Positions 9,905 through 18,983 are shown, numbered from the stretch's first letter. The stretch: 64,000 nucleotides of DNA from Candidatus Doudnabacteria bacterium RIFCSPHIGHO2_12_FULL_48_16 (GCA_001780035.1 MFEY01000005.1:40354-104353); one strand, 5' to 3'. The notes: generated by a model from the letters alone, not told the origin. Program-made: numbers and translations.

Positions 9905-10531
9905 TTGGAAAAGAAAGTTCTGCTTAAAAAAATCGTCGGCGTGACTCTGATCATATTGGGGGCCATTTCGGTGTTGACGCCTTTTACGCCGTTTGGCTGG
10001 CTGATTTTTGTGGGGCTTGGTTTTTTGGGTGTTAGGATCGGCTTTTGGGCTCGAATTAAAAGTTATTTTAACCGATGGCGGACGAATGGCGGACGAATGG
10101 CGGACGAAATAATCATCAAGTTAAAGCCGGGCGACTCTTTGCATACCGTTCACAGCGCATTGATTCCAATCTTGACGCGAGCCAAAACTGGGACGAGACT
10201 GGGTTATTGCGCCGGCCTGGTCAGTTCGGAAGGGTCGGAGCATGTGACCAAAAATTTTGAGCGCCTGGTCAGATTTGCTCGCCATTTGGAGCAGTTGCAT
10301 GGCTTTGCCGTTTTTTCCAGCGGCGATATTTTTCGGCCCGAAGTGTTGGAAATCGTCAAACACTCGCCCGAACATGATTTTTATCAATTTTGGCGCAACG
10401 TCCTGAGCAGCGGTCTGGTTACCGATGTGTTCATGACCCCGAGGTGGGAGCGATCGAGAGGGGCAATGGACGAGCACGAAACAGCCAAGAAGCTCGGAAT
10501 AGCGATTTATTATTTGGATTTTGAAATCTAA
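9905..10531 (+). CDS. Hypothetical protein: 2-TM N-terminus joined by a tandem repeat to a soluble domain (DUF1937/nucleoside deoxyribosyltransferase-like ending)
   Basis: Hydrophobic first ~55 aa; C-terminal WERSRGAMDEHETAKKLGIAIYY resembles WxxSxGAxxE..A..LG families. Confidence 0.6.
   Translation: MEKKVLLKKIVGVTLIILGAISVLTPFTPFGWLIFVGLGFLGVRIGFWARIKSYFNRWRTNGGRMADEIIIKLKPGDSLHTVHSALIPILTRAKTGTRLGYCAGLVSSEGSEHVTKNFERLVRFARHLEQLHGFAVFSSGDIFRPEVLEIVKHSPEHDFYQFWRNVLSSGLVTDVFMTPRWERSRGAMDEHETAKKLGIAIYYLDFEI
10075..10107. repeat. Tandem 11-mer ATGGCGGACGA x3
   Basis: Directly visible. Confidence 0.92.
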
Positions 10532-10532
10532 A

Positions 10533-10562
10533 ACTAAAAATCCCGTTATCGGGATTTTTAGT
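10533..10562. terminator. Bidirectional terminator
   Basis: ACTAAAAATCCCG / CGGGATTTTTAGT. Confidence 0.75.
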
Positions 10563-10928
10563 CAGTATGCGTGGTGTCCATGTTTGGCTTGTCGAACTTA
10601 TTTATATAGAAGGCATAACCGCCTTAAGGGTTGGACCGCAAATCATGGACTGGCGCATACGCGTTTCATCCTTTGTTGCATCCATTTCTCCTTTCCATAA
10701 GCATCGTAAAAAGTTATAATTATTTCGTCAACTTTGACATTTAAGCGCTCGTGTTTTGTAATCCAGAAATAGCTGCCGTTTAAAACTGAAAATTTACTGG
10801 TCTTTTGACAAGCCACTGCTTACAGGAGTAAAATTAAAGATAGGGAATTTACCTGTGGACAGCGGCATTGGCGCCGCTTTATTTTTTTAATGGAGAGGGG
10901 AGTTCTAAGCAAAAGAAACTCAAAGCAA

Positions 10929-12131
10929 ATGGAACCGTTAGCATCAAAGATTCGACCCAAAAACCTGGAAGAATTTATCGGGCAAGCGCATTTGGTCGGC
11001 CTTGATAGGCCGTTAAGAATCGCCATCGAGAACAAGCATTTGTTTTCCTTCATTTTTTGGGGACCGCCGGGCGTGGGCAAGACGACCCTGGCCAAAATTT
11101 ATGCCAAAGCTCTGAATGCCGACCTGTTTGAATTGTCCGCAGTTTCATCTGGTAAAGATGATGTCCGGCAGATTGTGAACCCCGTTAGAAGTAAGACGCC
11201 TGGGACGTCTGCCGATATGTTTACATACCGGACTTCTAACGGGGTGAATGCCAACACGGCCAAACCGAAAGTCTTGTTTCTGGACGAAATCCATCGGTTC
11301 AACAAAGCCCAGCAGGATTACTTGCTGCCGTTTGTCGAAAAAGGAGAAATCACTCTGATCGGCGCAACTACGGAAAATCCCAGCTTCGAGATTATCCCGG
11401 CGTTGCTGTCTCGCTGCCGGGTGTTTGTCCTGCATGAATTTTCGGCCGAAGAAATGTCAAAAATCATTGACCGCACCGGAGTCAAGCTCGATAAAAAATC
11501 CAAAGAATGGCTGGTCAATATGGCCAACGGCGATGCGCGGCAGGCAATCACTATGTTGGAGAATACGGTTAATTTTTACGGCAAAGCTACAGTTGAGAAC
11601 CTGAAGAACACGCTGCAGAGCAAATTCCTGCGGTTCGATAAGAAGGGCGAAGAGCATCACAACACGATTAGCGCGTTTATCAAATCCATGCGGGCCAGCC
11701 AGCCGGATGCAGCGCTGTATTATTTGGCCCGGATGATTGAATCAGGCGAGGATCCGAAATTTATTGCCCGGCGCATGGTCGTGTTCGCATCCGAAGACAT
11801 TGGATTGGCGCAACCCACGGCTTTGGTCGTCGCCAATGATGTGTTCCGCGCCGTTGAAACTATAGGCTTGCCGGAGGCGGCGGTCAATCTGGCGCACGGC
11901 GTGGCGTATCTGGCTTTGGCCCCTAAGAATCGCGATTCTTACAATGCTTATTATGAAGCGCTCGATGACGTCAAAGAGCTGGGCAATCTGCCGATCCCGA
12001 TGATGATCCGCAATGCCCCGACCAAGCTTATGAAGGATTTGGGCTACCACCAAGGTTATGAATTGTATCCAAAGGAAGATCTTTTGCCGGAGCAGCTGAA
12101 AGGCAAAAAATATCTGAAGCGAAAAAAATGA
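10929..12131 (+). CDS. rarA: Replication-associated recombination protein A (RarA/MgsA)
   Basis: GPPGVGKTT, FLDEIHRFNKAQQD, GATTENPSF, SAFIKSMR, ASEDIGLA. Confidence 0.95.
   Translation: MEPLASKIRPKNLEEFIGQAHLVGLDRPLRIAIENKHLFSFIFWGPPGVGKTTLAKIYAKALNADLFELSAVSSGKDDVRQIVNPVRSKTPGTSADMFTYRTSNGVNANTAKPKVLFLDEIHRFNKAQQDYLLPFVEKGEITLIGATTENPSFEIIPALLSRCRVFVLHEFSAEEMSKIIDRTGVKLDKKSKEWLVNMANGDARQAITMLENTVNFYGKATVENLKNTLQSKFLRFDKKGEEHHNTISAFIKSMRASQPDAALYYLARMIESGEDPKFIARRMVVFASEDIGLAQPTALVVANDVFRAVETIGLPEAAVNLAHGVAYLALAPKNRDSYNAYYEALDDVKELGNLPIPMMIRNAPTKLMKDLGYHQGYELYPKEDLLPEQLKGKKYLKRKK
11180..11244. mobile_element. MITE-like element, family A copy 2, in frame inside rarA
   Basis: CCCCGTTAGAAGT / ACTTCTAACGGGG flanked by TGAA direct repeats; 65+4 = 69 nt keeps frame. 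Confidence 0.85.
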
Positions 12132-12152
12132 TTTCTATGGCTTTTTTTGATT

Positions 12153-12716
12153 TCAAGGGTTCATGAAAAAAATTACGAGGGCTGCAAAAACCGCGACCAG
12201 CCCGACATAAAACGTTTTCATCCTCATATACACGTTACGAAACATCTTTATGTAAAATATCAATAAACTTTCATGGATATAAGGGTTGCTGTCAGTGTTG
12301 GCCTCGAATAAGAAATATTGTTTTTTGCTAAACGGCCAAAGCCACATAATTCCAATTTCAATCGAATCCACGACCATGTGGCTGGTAAACGAGGCCAAAA
12401 ACACCAAGGCAAAATACTGCGCATAAAGAGAGTCGGAAAGAAAATATATACTGAGTCCGATCACCAATCCGAATATTGGCGTGTGGGTCAGAAAACGCCG
12501 GTGGCTGACATTGTTTCGTATCCGGACGGACCGGAGCATTATGAAGGAGATAATCATATCCCAATCCACCGCCACAGCCCAAAATAAACTCCATAGCAGT
12601 AATGAATTTACTTGATCCAAAGAAAGGGCCGGGTGCAAAATTTTAAGCAAAACAAAAGCAAATAAATAACCGGTGGCGGCATGATCGTAAGGCATCATAT
12701 AAGGAAAGAGTAGCAA
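12153..12716 (-). CDS. Membrane-bound metal-dependent hydrolase (YdjM/DUF457-like); true start probably ~12698
   Basis: H..., DWD, HRRFLTHT, SHMVVD, GIMWLWPF motifs. Confidence 0.8.
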   Translation of the reverse strand: MLLFPYMMPYDHAATGYLFAFVLLKILHPALSLDQVNSLLLWSLFWAVAVDWDMIISFIMLRSVRIRNNVSHRRFLTHTPIFGLVIGLSIYFLSDSLYAQYFALVFLASFTSHMVVDSIEIGIMWLWPFSKKQYFLFEANTDSNPYIHESLLIFYIKMFRNVYMRMKTFYVGLVAVFAALVIFFMNP

Positions 12717-12748
12717 AAATAAAACCGCCCAGGTAGGGCGGCTTTGGT

Positions 12749-14125
12749 TTAGTAAGAGCTGCGGTCGTCGCGATAGCGGATGCGGTTCGCATCAAACCCT
12801 TGATCCTGCGGTCGGCTGGGATCGCGGCGGGGAAACTGGTCGCGCGATTTATAGCGGCCGGGTTTTCTAAACCCAGGGCGGGCAGGGCGATCAGAGGAGC
12901 GGTTGCCCTGTTCGCGCACATAATCATGACGCGGCTGGCCCGGGCGGCTGGGCATTGGACGGGCTTCGCGTCTGAATTCAGCTCGGCCCGTGGTGGGAAT
13001 CGATTGCAACCCTTCAGCTTGCTTGACCGGAAGGGTAATTCTGATTAGGCGTTCAATACTGCGAACATCGTAGCGCTGGTCCGGCGTGGCGAAGGAAATC
13101 GCTTTGCCAGCCAGGCCCGCCCGGCCAGTACGGCCGATGCGATGGACGTAATCTTCCGGGTTTTCCGGCAGATCGTAGTTGATCACGAGCTCAATGCCGC
13201 TAACGTCGATGCCGCGGGCCGCAATATCGGTGGCGATCAACACGCGGTAACGGCCGATTTTGAACCCTTCCAGAGCTTCTTTGCGCTGGCCCAGGGAGCG
13301 GTTGGAATGGATTTCAGAAGAGGTGTGGCCCATATTGCGGACGGCATGGGCGATTTTTTTGGCGCCAAATTTCGTCCGGGTAAAAACCAGGATGCTGCCT
13401 TTATGTTCGGTTAAAATCTTGGTCAGCAGAGAAACTTTCTGGTCGCGGGCGACGAAGAAAACTTCCTGGGCCACGTCGCGCGCGGCGGTGCCGGATGGCG
13501 CCACTTCGATTCGGATCGGGATGGTCATGTATGAGGTGGCGATCTGAACGATGGAGTTCGGCATGGTGGCCGAGAACAGCATGGTCTGTCTGGCTTTGGG
13601 CACTTTGGCCAGGATGCGGCGGATCTGGGGCTCAAAGCCCATGTCGAGCATGCGGTCGGCTTCGTCCAAAACCAAAATCGTGACCGAAGACAGATCGATT
13701 GTTTTTTGTTCCAGATGATCGTTGATGCGACCGGGGGTGCCGATGATAATATGTGGATTTTGGCGCAGGCTGCGGATCTGTCTGTTGATTGGTTCGCCGC
13801 CGATTAAGACGGAAGTTTTGAGTCCGACTTGGCGGCCGATTTTTTGCAGAGCCTCGTCGACTTGCAACGCAAGTTCGCGGGTCGGTAAAATGATCAGGCC
13901 GCGGCCTTTGTTTTGAGCCAGGCGCTGAATCATCGGAATGCCAAAAGCCATGGTCTTGCCAGTTCCGGTTTGCGCAATGCCCATGACATCTTTGCCTTCA
14001 ATCGCAATCGGAATCGATTGGAACTGAATCGGGGTCGGTATAGTGAACCTAAGTTGTTGGAGGATTTCAAACAGCTTGGGAGCTATTCCTAACCCTTCGA
14101 AAGAAGTGTTGGTCGGATTGACCAT
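12749..14125 (-). CDS. DEAD-box RNA helicase (RhlE/CshA-like) with Arg-rich tail
   Basis: AQTGTGKT, PTRELA, DEAD, SAT, HRIGRTGRAG. Confidence 0.96.
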   Translation of the reverse strand: MVNPTNTSFEGLGIAPKLFEILQQLRFTIPTPIQFQSIPIAIEGKDVMGIAQTGTGKTMAFGIPMIQRLAQNKGRGLIILPTRELALQVDEALQKIGRQVGLKTSVLIGGEPINRQIRSLRQNPHIIIGTPGRINDHLEQKTIDLSSVTILVLDEADRMLDMGFEPQIRRILAKVPKARQTMLFSATMPNSIVQIATSYMTIPIRIEVAPSGTAARDVAQEVFFVARDQKVSLLTKILTEHKGSILVFTRTKFGAKKIAHAVRNMGHTSSEIHSNRSLGQRKEALEGFKIGRYRVLIATDIAARGIDVSGIELVINYDLPENPEDYVHRIGRTGRAGLAGKAISFATPDQRYDVRSIERLIRITLPVKQAEGLQSIPTTGRAEFRREARPMPSRPGQPRHDYVREQGNRSSDRPARPGFRKPGRYKSRDQFPRRDPSRPQDQGFDANRIRYRDDRSSY

Positions 14126-14140
14126 AAAAAATGAGTTTCT

Positions 14141-14193
14141 TCCGCCGTCGCTAAAGCTATGGCGGATCCGCCGAAGCTTTACGCGTAGGCGGA
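14141..14193. repeat. Tandem TCCGCC...GGCGGA palindromic elements in the helicase 5' UTR
   Basis: TCCGCCGTCGCTAAAGCTATGGCGGA and TCCGCCGAAGCTTTACGCGTAGGCGGA. Confidence 0.8.
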
Positions 14194-14251
14194 GACCCGA
14201 ACGTCCAAGGGCCAGAAATACAGCGCAATTTGGTATCGAGTCGATTATTTA

Positions 14252-14347
14252 TCCCGTTTAGAAATTTTTCTAAAAAGGGGATTGATTAAGATTAACCGTT
14301 GTCGTAATTAGCGATAATTGTATGCTAATCACTTATTTCTAACGGGA
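14252..14347. mobile_element. MITE-like element, family A copy 3
   Basis: TCCCGTTTAGAAAT / ATTTCTAACGGGA, TTTA direct repeats on both flanks. Confidence 0.8.
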
Positions 14348-14362
14348 TTTAACTAACAACTA

Positions 14363-14391
14363 ATTATACTCCTTTTTGGCGATTTTGTCAA
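14363..14391 (-). promoter_or_regulatory. Consensus sigma70 promoter of the DEAD-box helicase
   Basis: TTGACA-N17-TATAAT. Confidence 0.85.
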
Positions 14392-14444
14392 CCCTCACAA
14401 CAAATCCTCGCTAAAAGCGATAAATTGGTGCTAAAATATTAATC

Positions 14445-16178
14445 ATGAACAAACATTCAAAGCTGATTGTCGTGACCATGTTTATAATGATTTTCGCCAC
14501 GTGGTTTTCGCACAATGTCAAATCAGATTTGCCGTTGATCTTCCAAAAAGACCTGCGCGCGCATGATGAATCCTCCAATTCGACCGTCGCGGCCAATATC
14601 ACCCGGCAATTTTTCCCACCCATGATCCGGGTCAACCCGCTGGATGATAAACAGGGGAACTGGATGGAGGGCCCGTTTTGGCAACATATCCCCCCGCTGT
14701 TTGCTTACGTGCCTTATGCGTTTTTCGAGCTCGACGGACATGTCAGCATAGAAGTTAAGCGGCTCTCTTATGCCTTTGTGACGCTGTTGACCGGGATCTT
14801 GTTCATTGCGATTGTCTTTTGGTTTTCCAGGAATTTACTCGCGGCGTTCGCCGCGCTCTTGGCCAGCTTATTTTGGATCAATACGCCGTTTACCCACGAG
14901 TTGATAACCGGTTATGCGTTCGGCGTCTCGGATATTGTTCTGGCGTTTACGGCCGTTTTGGCCTTTGGCGGGATTTTATTTTATCTTGAAAAAGACCGAG
15001 CAGAGCGTTTAAATTATTCCTGGAAGCGCTTAGCTGTCATCGCTTTGCTCGTGGCCCTGCCGGTCATGGCCAAAAATCTGCTCGGCGCGCTGCCGGCGGC
15101 TGGATTTGTGCTCCTTTTGTTTTGGGACCAGAAAAAATTCAATCGGAACTTTTGGACCTCTCTCTCTTGGCTGGCCGGCTGGCTGATTGCGTATTATTCG
15201 CCCCTGCTGATTGCCTCGCCAGGCACGTTCAAAAATGAAATCCTGGTATCTTTTTTTCATGCCGTCAACTACGAAGGGTGGGGGCGGCCCTGGCATTTTT
15301 ATATTACGGACTATTTGCCGCACCGGTATTTGTTCGGTTGGACGGTTTGGTATTGGCTGGGAATAATTGGCGCTCTGCTGACTCTTGGTATTCGAATTAC
15401 GAATTACGAATTACGAATTACGGTTGAAGCAAAAATGCTGGGGCTCTGCTTGGGCTGGTTTGCGGCCAACCTCTTGGCGATATCTCTAATCATCTCTAAA
15501 ATTCCGAATTTCATTTATCAGAGTTATTTGTTCAGTCTGTTTGCCATCTTTTTAAGCCTGTTTTGGTGGTTCGACAAGTGGCGAATTGAGCAGCTGGACC
15601 AAAAGTATCTGAAGTGGGGGCTTGGCATAGCGCTCGTGATCGCCTTGTTGGTTACCGGGCGCAGCGTTTGGCGGTTTGAGGTTTTGTTCGAGGCGCATCG
15701 GGCGGCGGCGTATAATTACAATTCGGAGCGTGAAAAATTCTATCAGGTGGGGGAGTGGCTGCAGAATTTCGGCCTTGGCCCATCCGATCTCGTAATTGCG
15801 CGCGTCTCGGACAATGATTGTTGGCTGCGCTACGATGTTTTGTTTTTGACCGGTGCGGAAGCCAAAACGCTGACGGAACTCTCTTTCCATCTGCCAGCCG
15901 GGGAACTGGTAAGGCAAAAGTACGGTCGGATCTTTTTTATCGTCAACAAAGCCGAAAGTGTGCCGGCCGGGATTGCCGCCTACCAGCGGGTGGAACTGGA
16001 CAATTATTCGGTCGTCGCGTTTGATCTGAAAAATTTAGACAACGAGGCAACACAGCGGATAATCGCCGCGTTTGCGCGTTCTCATGAAAAGGACATTGCG
16101 CAGGATGTGGCGCGGATCAAGGCTGACAAAACCTCCTGCCAGTGGCTGGTGCCGGACGAAATTTTAAACGCCGACTAA
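14445..16178 (+). CDS. Polytopic GT-C-type membrane glycosyltransferase (ArnT/PMT-like)
   Basis: Many TM helices, HDE and HIPPLF periplasmic motifs, RPWHFY. Confidence 0.7.
   Translation: MNKHSKLIVVTMFIMIFATWFSHNVKSDLPLIFQKDLRAHDESSNSTVAANITRQFFPPMIRVNPLDDKQGNWMEGPFWQHIPPLFAYVPYAFFELDGHVSIEVKRLSYAFVTLLTGILFIAIVFWFSRNLLAAFAALLASLFWINTPFTHELITGYAFGVSDIVLAFTAVLAFGGILFYLEKDRAERLNYSWKRLAVIALLVALPVMAKNLLGALPAAGFVLLLFWDQKKFNRNFWTSLSWLAGWLIAYYSPLLIASPGTFKNEILVSFFHAVNYEGWGRPWHFYITDYLPHRYLFGWTVWYWLGIIGALLTLGIRITNYELRITVEAKMLGLCLGWFAANLLAISLIISKIPNFIYQSYLFSLFAIFLSLFWWFDKWRIEQLDQKYLKWGLGIALVIALLVTGRSVWRFEVLFEAHRAAAYNYNSEREKFYQVGEWLQNFGLGPSDLVIARVSDNDCWLRYDVLFLTGAEAKTLTELSFHLPAGELVRQKYGRIFFIVNKAESVPAGIAAYQRVELDNYSVVAFDLKNLDNEATQRIIAAFARSHEKDIAQDVARIKADKTSCQWLVPDEILNAD
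15393..15422. repeat. Tandem heptamer (CGAATTA) ~x4 in CDS
   Basis: Directly visible; encodes RITNYELRIT. Confidence 0.9.
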
Positions 16179-16213
16179 TTGCCTAAAAAAAGCCCAAGCT
16201 ATATAATATATAC

Positions 16214-16834
16214 ATGCTCGAACAAAGTTTGATCAATTACATCAAAAGCGCTCTGGCTGAAGGCCGCAATGGCTCAGAAATCCGCCAAGCGCTGCTTGGT
16301 CATGGCTGGCAGGCCGGAGATGTCGATCAGGCCCTTTCCTTGCTCGTTTCCCACGGGCAATCCAGCGCGCCGAGCGCGCCGGCACCGGCTCTAGCGCCCG
16401 TAACTTTCGGTGAAATCAGTTCAGCCATTCCGATTGCCCGGACTAATTTTATCTCCCCTTACAGCTATCTGTTGGAGCTGGTTTTGTTTTTTGCCCTCCT
16501 GATTTTGGGCAACAAGGCCATCAGCGACATTCATACGCATTTCCCCACCGATATTAACGGCCGCTTGATTTTTGACGCCCTGGTAGTAATTCCGTTTTTG
16601 TTGGCGGCGACGACTCTGCATATGTCGTTTCTGCACAGCAAAGAGCGGTTCCGGGTCCTCTCCGAGCCTTATTATTTGGTCGCCGGTTGGTTGATTGTTC
16701 GGCTGCTGTGGAACGCGAGCAAATACATTCTCGACAAGAACGCGGTTTACGGCGTCTATATTGTCCTGCTGCTCGTGGTCGCGGTTCTGACCGGAATCGT
16801 CTTTTTTATCCAGAAATATATTAAGAAAGATTAA
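16214..16834 (+). CDS. Membrane protein with N-terminal helical domain
   Basis: 4 TM helices after a Pro/Ala linker; TATAAT 7 nt before ATG. Confidence 0.8.
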   Translation: MLEQSLINYIKSALAEGRNGSEIRQALLGHGWQAGDVDQALSLLVSHGQSSAPSAPAPALAPVTFGEISSAIPIARTNFISPYSYLLELVLFFALLILGNKAISDIHTHFPTDINGRLIFDALVVIPFLLAATTLHMSFLHSKERFRVLSEPYYLVAGWLIVRLLWNASKYILDKNAVYGVYIVLLLVVAVLTGIVFFIQKYIKKD

Positions 16835-16838
16835 ACCC

Positions 16839-17288
16839 ATGGATGATTTGACCAAACAAGACTCACTTTGGCATTACAAGATGACTCCGGGCACCGGATT
16901 TGTGATCACCCTTCTGGTTTTGGCCTTGGTTGCTTTGGGTGAGCGGGTGCTTTATGATCTTGGCCGCCTTTATGCGCCATTGCCGCTTGATTATTTCCAA
17001 AATTTAAGCGTAATCGTGGTTCATTCGTTTTTCATCATTCCGCTGCTGATCGTTTCGATCATCGTTAACGCTCTGGTCGGCCACAAGAAAGAAAAATACG
17101 CGATCGTCCTGATCCCGTATTTCGTGCTGAGCATTGTGTTGGCCCTGCAGTTGATCTTGCAGATCGCGATTTATTTTGGTTTCCACCATACCAGTTTTCA
17201 GTTTTATGTCGTGATGACCGTTCTGGTTGCCGTTTGCACGATCGCCATCTTTTACATTCAGGACAAATATAACCCCAAGAAAACTTAA
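16839..17288 (+). CDS. 4-TM membrane protein, apparent paralog of the upstream gene
   Basis: IIPLL/KEKY..L.PYF/FYIQ mirrors VIPFL/KERF..L.EPYY/FFIQ. Confidence 0.8.
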   Translation: MDDLTKQDSLWHYKMTPGTGFVITLLVLALVALGERVLYDLGRLYAPLPLDYFQNLSVIVVHSFFIIPLLIVSIIVNALVGHKKEKYAIVLIPYFVLSIVLALQLILQIAIYFGFHHTSFQFYVVMTVLVAVCTIAIFYIQDKYNPKKT

Positions 17289-18922
17289 AGTCGGCGTTCC
17301 ACCTGATCGATCAATTGTTTGATCGAATCATCATTCGGATAAAGTTCTTCCAAAAGCCTGAGGTATTCGAGGGCTTTTTTGCTGTCATGGTCGTCGAGAT
17401 AGATTTGAATCAGGGCGTTGTAAGAGTAAGTGAACTTCGGGTCCTTTTCGATCGCCAACTTAAAATTTTCGATCGCGAGATCTTTGCGATCAAGGGCTTT
17501 GTAAGCATTGCCTAAATTGTGGTAGGCGACTTGAATGTCAGAATTAAGCGCAATGGCCCGTTGGTAGGTTTCGATTGCTTTTTCGTGCTGGTTGTCATCG
17601 TCATAGGCCATGCCGAGGTTATTGATTACGCGGTAACTGGTTGGCGCATAGCGCAGGGTCTGGTTATAAAAAATGATCGGATCACGCCATTCGGCGTTGC
17701 GGGAGATGGTTGTTTTGGCCAAAAAGACCAGGTAAATGAGCAATAATATTGAGATGGCTTGGGCGACCCTCACCCGCCCCTTCGGGGCACCCTCTCCCGT
17801 AAAGGGAGAGGGAAGAATAGAAAAAAAACTGATCCAGAAGCCGGCCATGGGCAGATATAACCAGTGTTCATAGAGCAGGCCGTTGATCGGCACCAAAATG
17901 TTGGAAACAGGCGCCAAACAAATCAGAAACCAGAGGCAGCCGAATGAAACCGCTGGCCGCTTTTTGAATTGCCAGAAGGCGGCCGCGATCAAAATTACGA
18001 ACAGCGCGAAACCGGCGATGACCTGAGAATTCCGGAGGCTTTGGGCGATTTCAATTGAGCGCTCCATGTGCAGATCATGCGGATAAATCAAAAGACCGAG
18101 GTAGACCCATAGGCTTTTGAAAAAAGTCAAAATGCGGACATAGACATGGCTGGTGAATAAATTTTGCTCGTTGTAAAGGTTAAAAGTGTTTTGGAAATTT
18201 AAAACCGTGGCGCGAAGGAGGATGTAGAATCCGGCAATGACAACGCTGGGCCACAGATTGTAAAAGAAATTACGTAACCTCGAATTAAATTCGGGATTGC
18301 GAAAAAACAGCTCAATTAACAGAATCAATCCTGGATAGACGATCGCGGTTTCCTTCGACATCAAAGCCAGCGGGAAAAAGGCGATTGACCACCAGAAAGA
18401 AGAGCGAACTTTATACTGTCGCCAAAACAAATAATTATTCAAGCCCAGCAACATGAATAAAACCGAGAGGGAATCACCCAAGCTGTTGACGTAAGTGACC
18501 GCCTCGGTTTGCAGCGGATGGATCAGAAATACCAGAGCAGTTAAAAAAGCCAGCGAATCTTTTTTGAATAATGCCCGCAGCAGATAGAACAGCAGAATGC
18601 TATCCGCGATATGAATAAATAAGTTAACGAGGTGATAACCATAGACCTGGCTGCCCCAGAGATGGTATTCGACAGAAAACACTATCAATAGAACCGGCCG
18701 CCAATAGTTACTGACGATATTGGCGCCGGCAACGACATTTTGTGAAAAATATTCCGGCAAATGCGACCAGTTGTGGACAAACTGGTTGTTTAGAATAAAA
18801 TCATTGTCATCCCAAAACATCTGGTTGGGGATTGTGTTGGCGAACAGAATCAAGCCGAACAGGGTCAAAACTGCGGGAATGAACCAAGATTTTTGTTTCA
18901 GAGTGAGCCAAATGTTCCCCAT
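17285..18922 (-). CDS. TMTC-like GT-C protein glycosyltransferase with C-terminal TPR repeats
   Basis: FWDD, YWRP, HPLQTEAV, SKETA, EHWLYLP and TPR motifs NNLG/HNLG. Confidence 0.88.
   Translation of the reverse strand: MGNIWLTLKQKSWFIPAVLTLFGLILFANTIPNQMFWDDNDFILNNQFVHNWSHLPEYFSQNVVAGANIVSNYWRPVLLIVFSVEYHLWGSQVYGYHLVNLFIHIADSILLFYLLRALFKKDSLAFLTALVFLIHPLQTEAVTYVNSLGDSLSVLFMLLGLNNYLFWRQYKVRSSFWWSIAFFPLALMSKETAIVYPGLILLIELFFRNPEFNSRLRNFFYNLWPSVVIAGFYILLRATVLNFQNTFNLYNEQNLFTSHVYVRILTFFKSLWVYLGLLIYPHDLHMERSIEIAQSLRNSQVIAGFALFVILIAAAFWQFKKRPAVSFGCLWFLICLAPVSNILVPINGLLYEHWLYLPMAGFWISFFSILPSPFTGEGAPKGRVRVAQAISILLLIYLVFLAKTTISRNAEWRDPIIFYNQTLRYAPTSYRVINNLGMAYDDDNQHEKAIETYQRAIALNSDIQVAYHNLGNAYKALDRKDLAIENFKLAIEKDPKFTYSYNALIQIYLDDHDSKKALEYLRLLEELYPNDDSIKQLIDQVERRL
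17767..17812. repeat. REP-like palindromic element in frame in the TPR protein
   Basis: CCCTCACCC-GCCCCTTCGGGGC-ACCCTCTCCC-GTAAA-GGGAGAGGG; encodes PSPFTGEGAPKGRVRV. Confidence 0.85.
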
Positions 18923-18948
18923 GGACGTATTGTAGCATTTGATTGTTG

Positions 18949-18977
18949 TTGACAGACAATAGCTGGTGATTTAAGAT
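18949..18977 (+). promoter_or_regulatory. sigma70-type promoter of structured RNA unit
   Basis: TTGACA-N17-TAAGAT. Confidence 0.75.
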
Positions 18978-18983
18978 GTTTTT

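Noticed and set aside
10540..10555. ATCCCGTTATCGGGAT as a sixth family-A element
   Set aside because: Only a short hairpin within a terminator; no interior and no full TIR, although a collapsed remnant cannot be excluded
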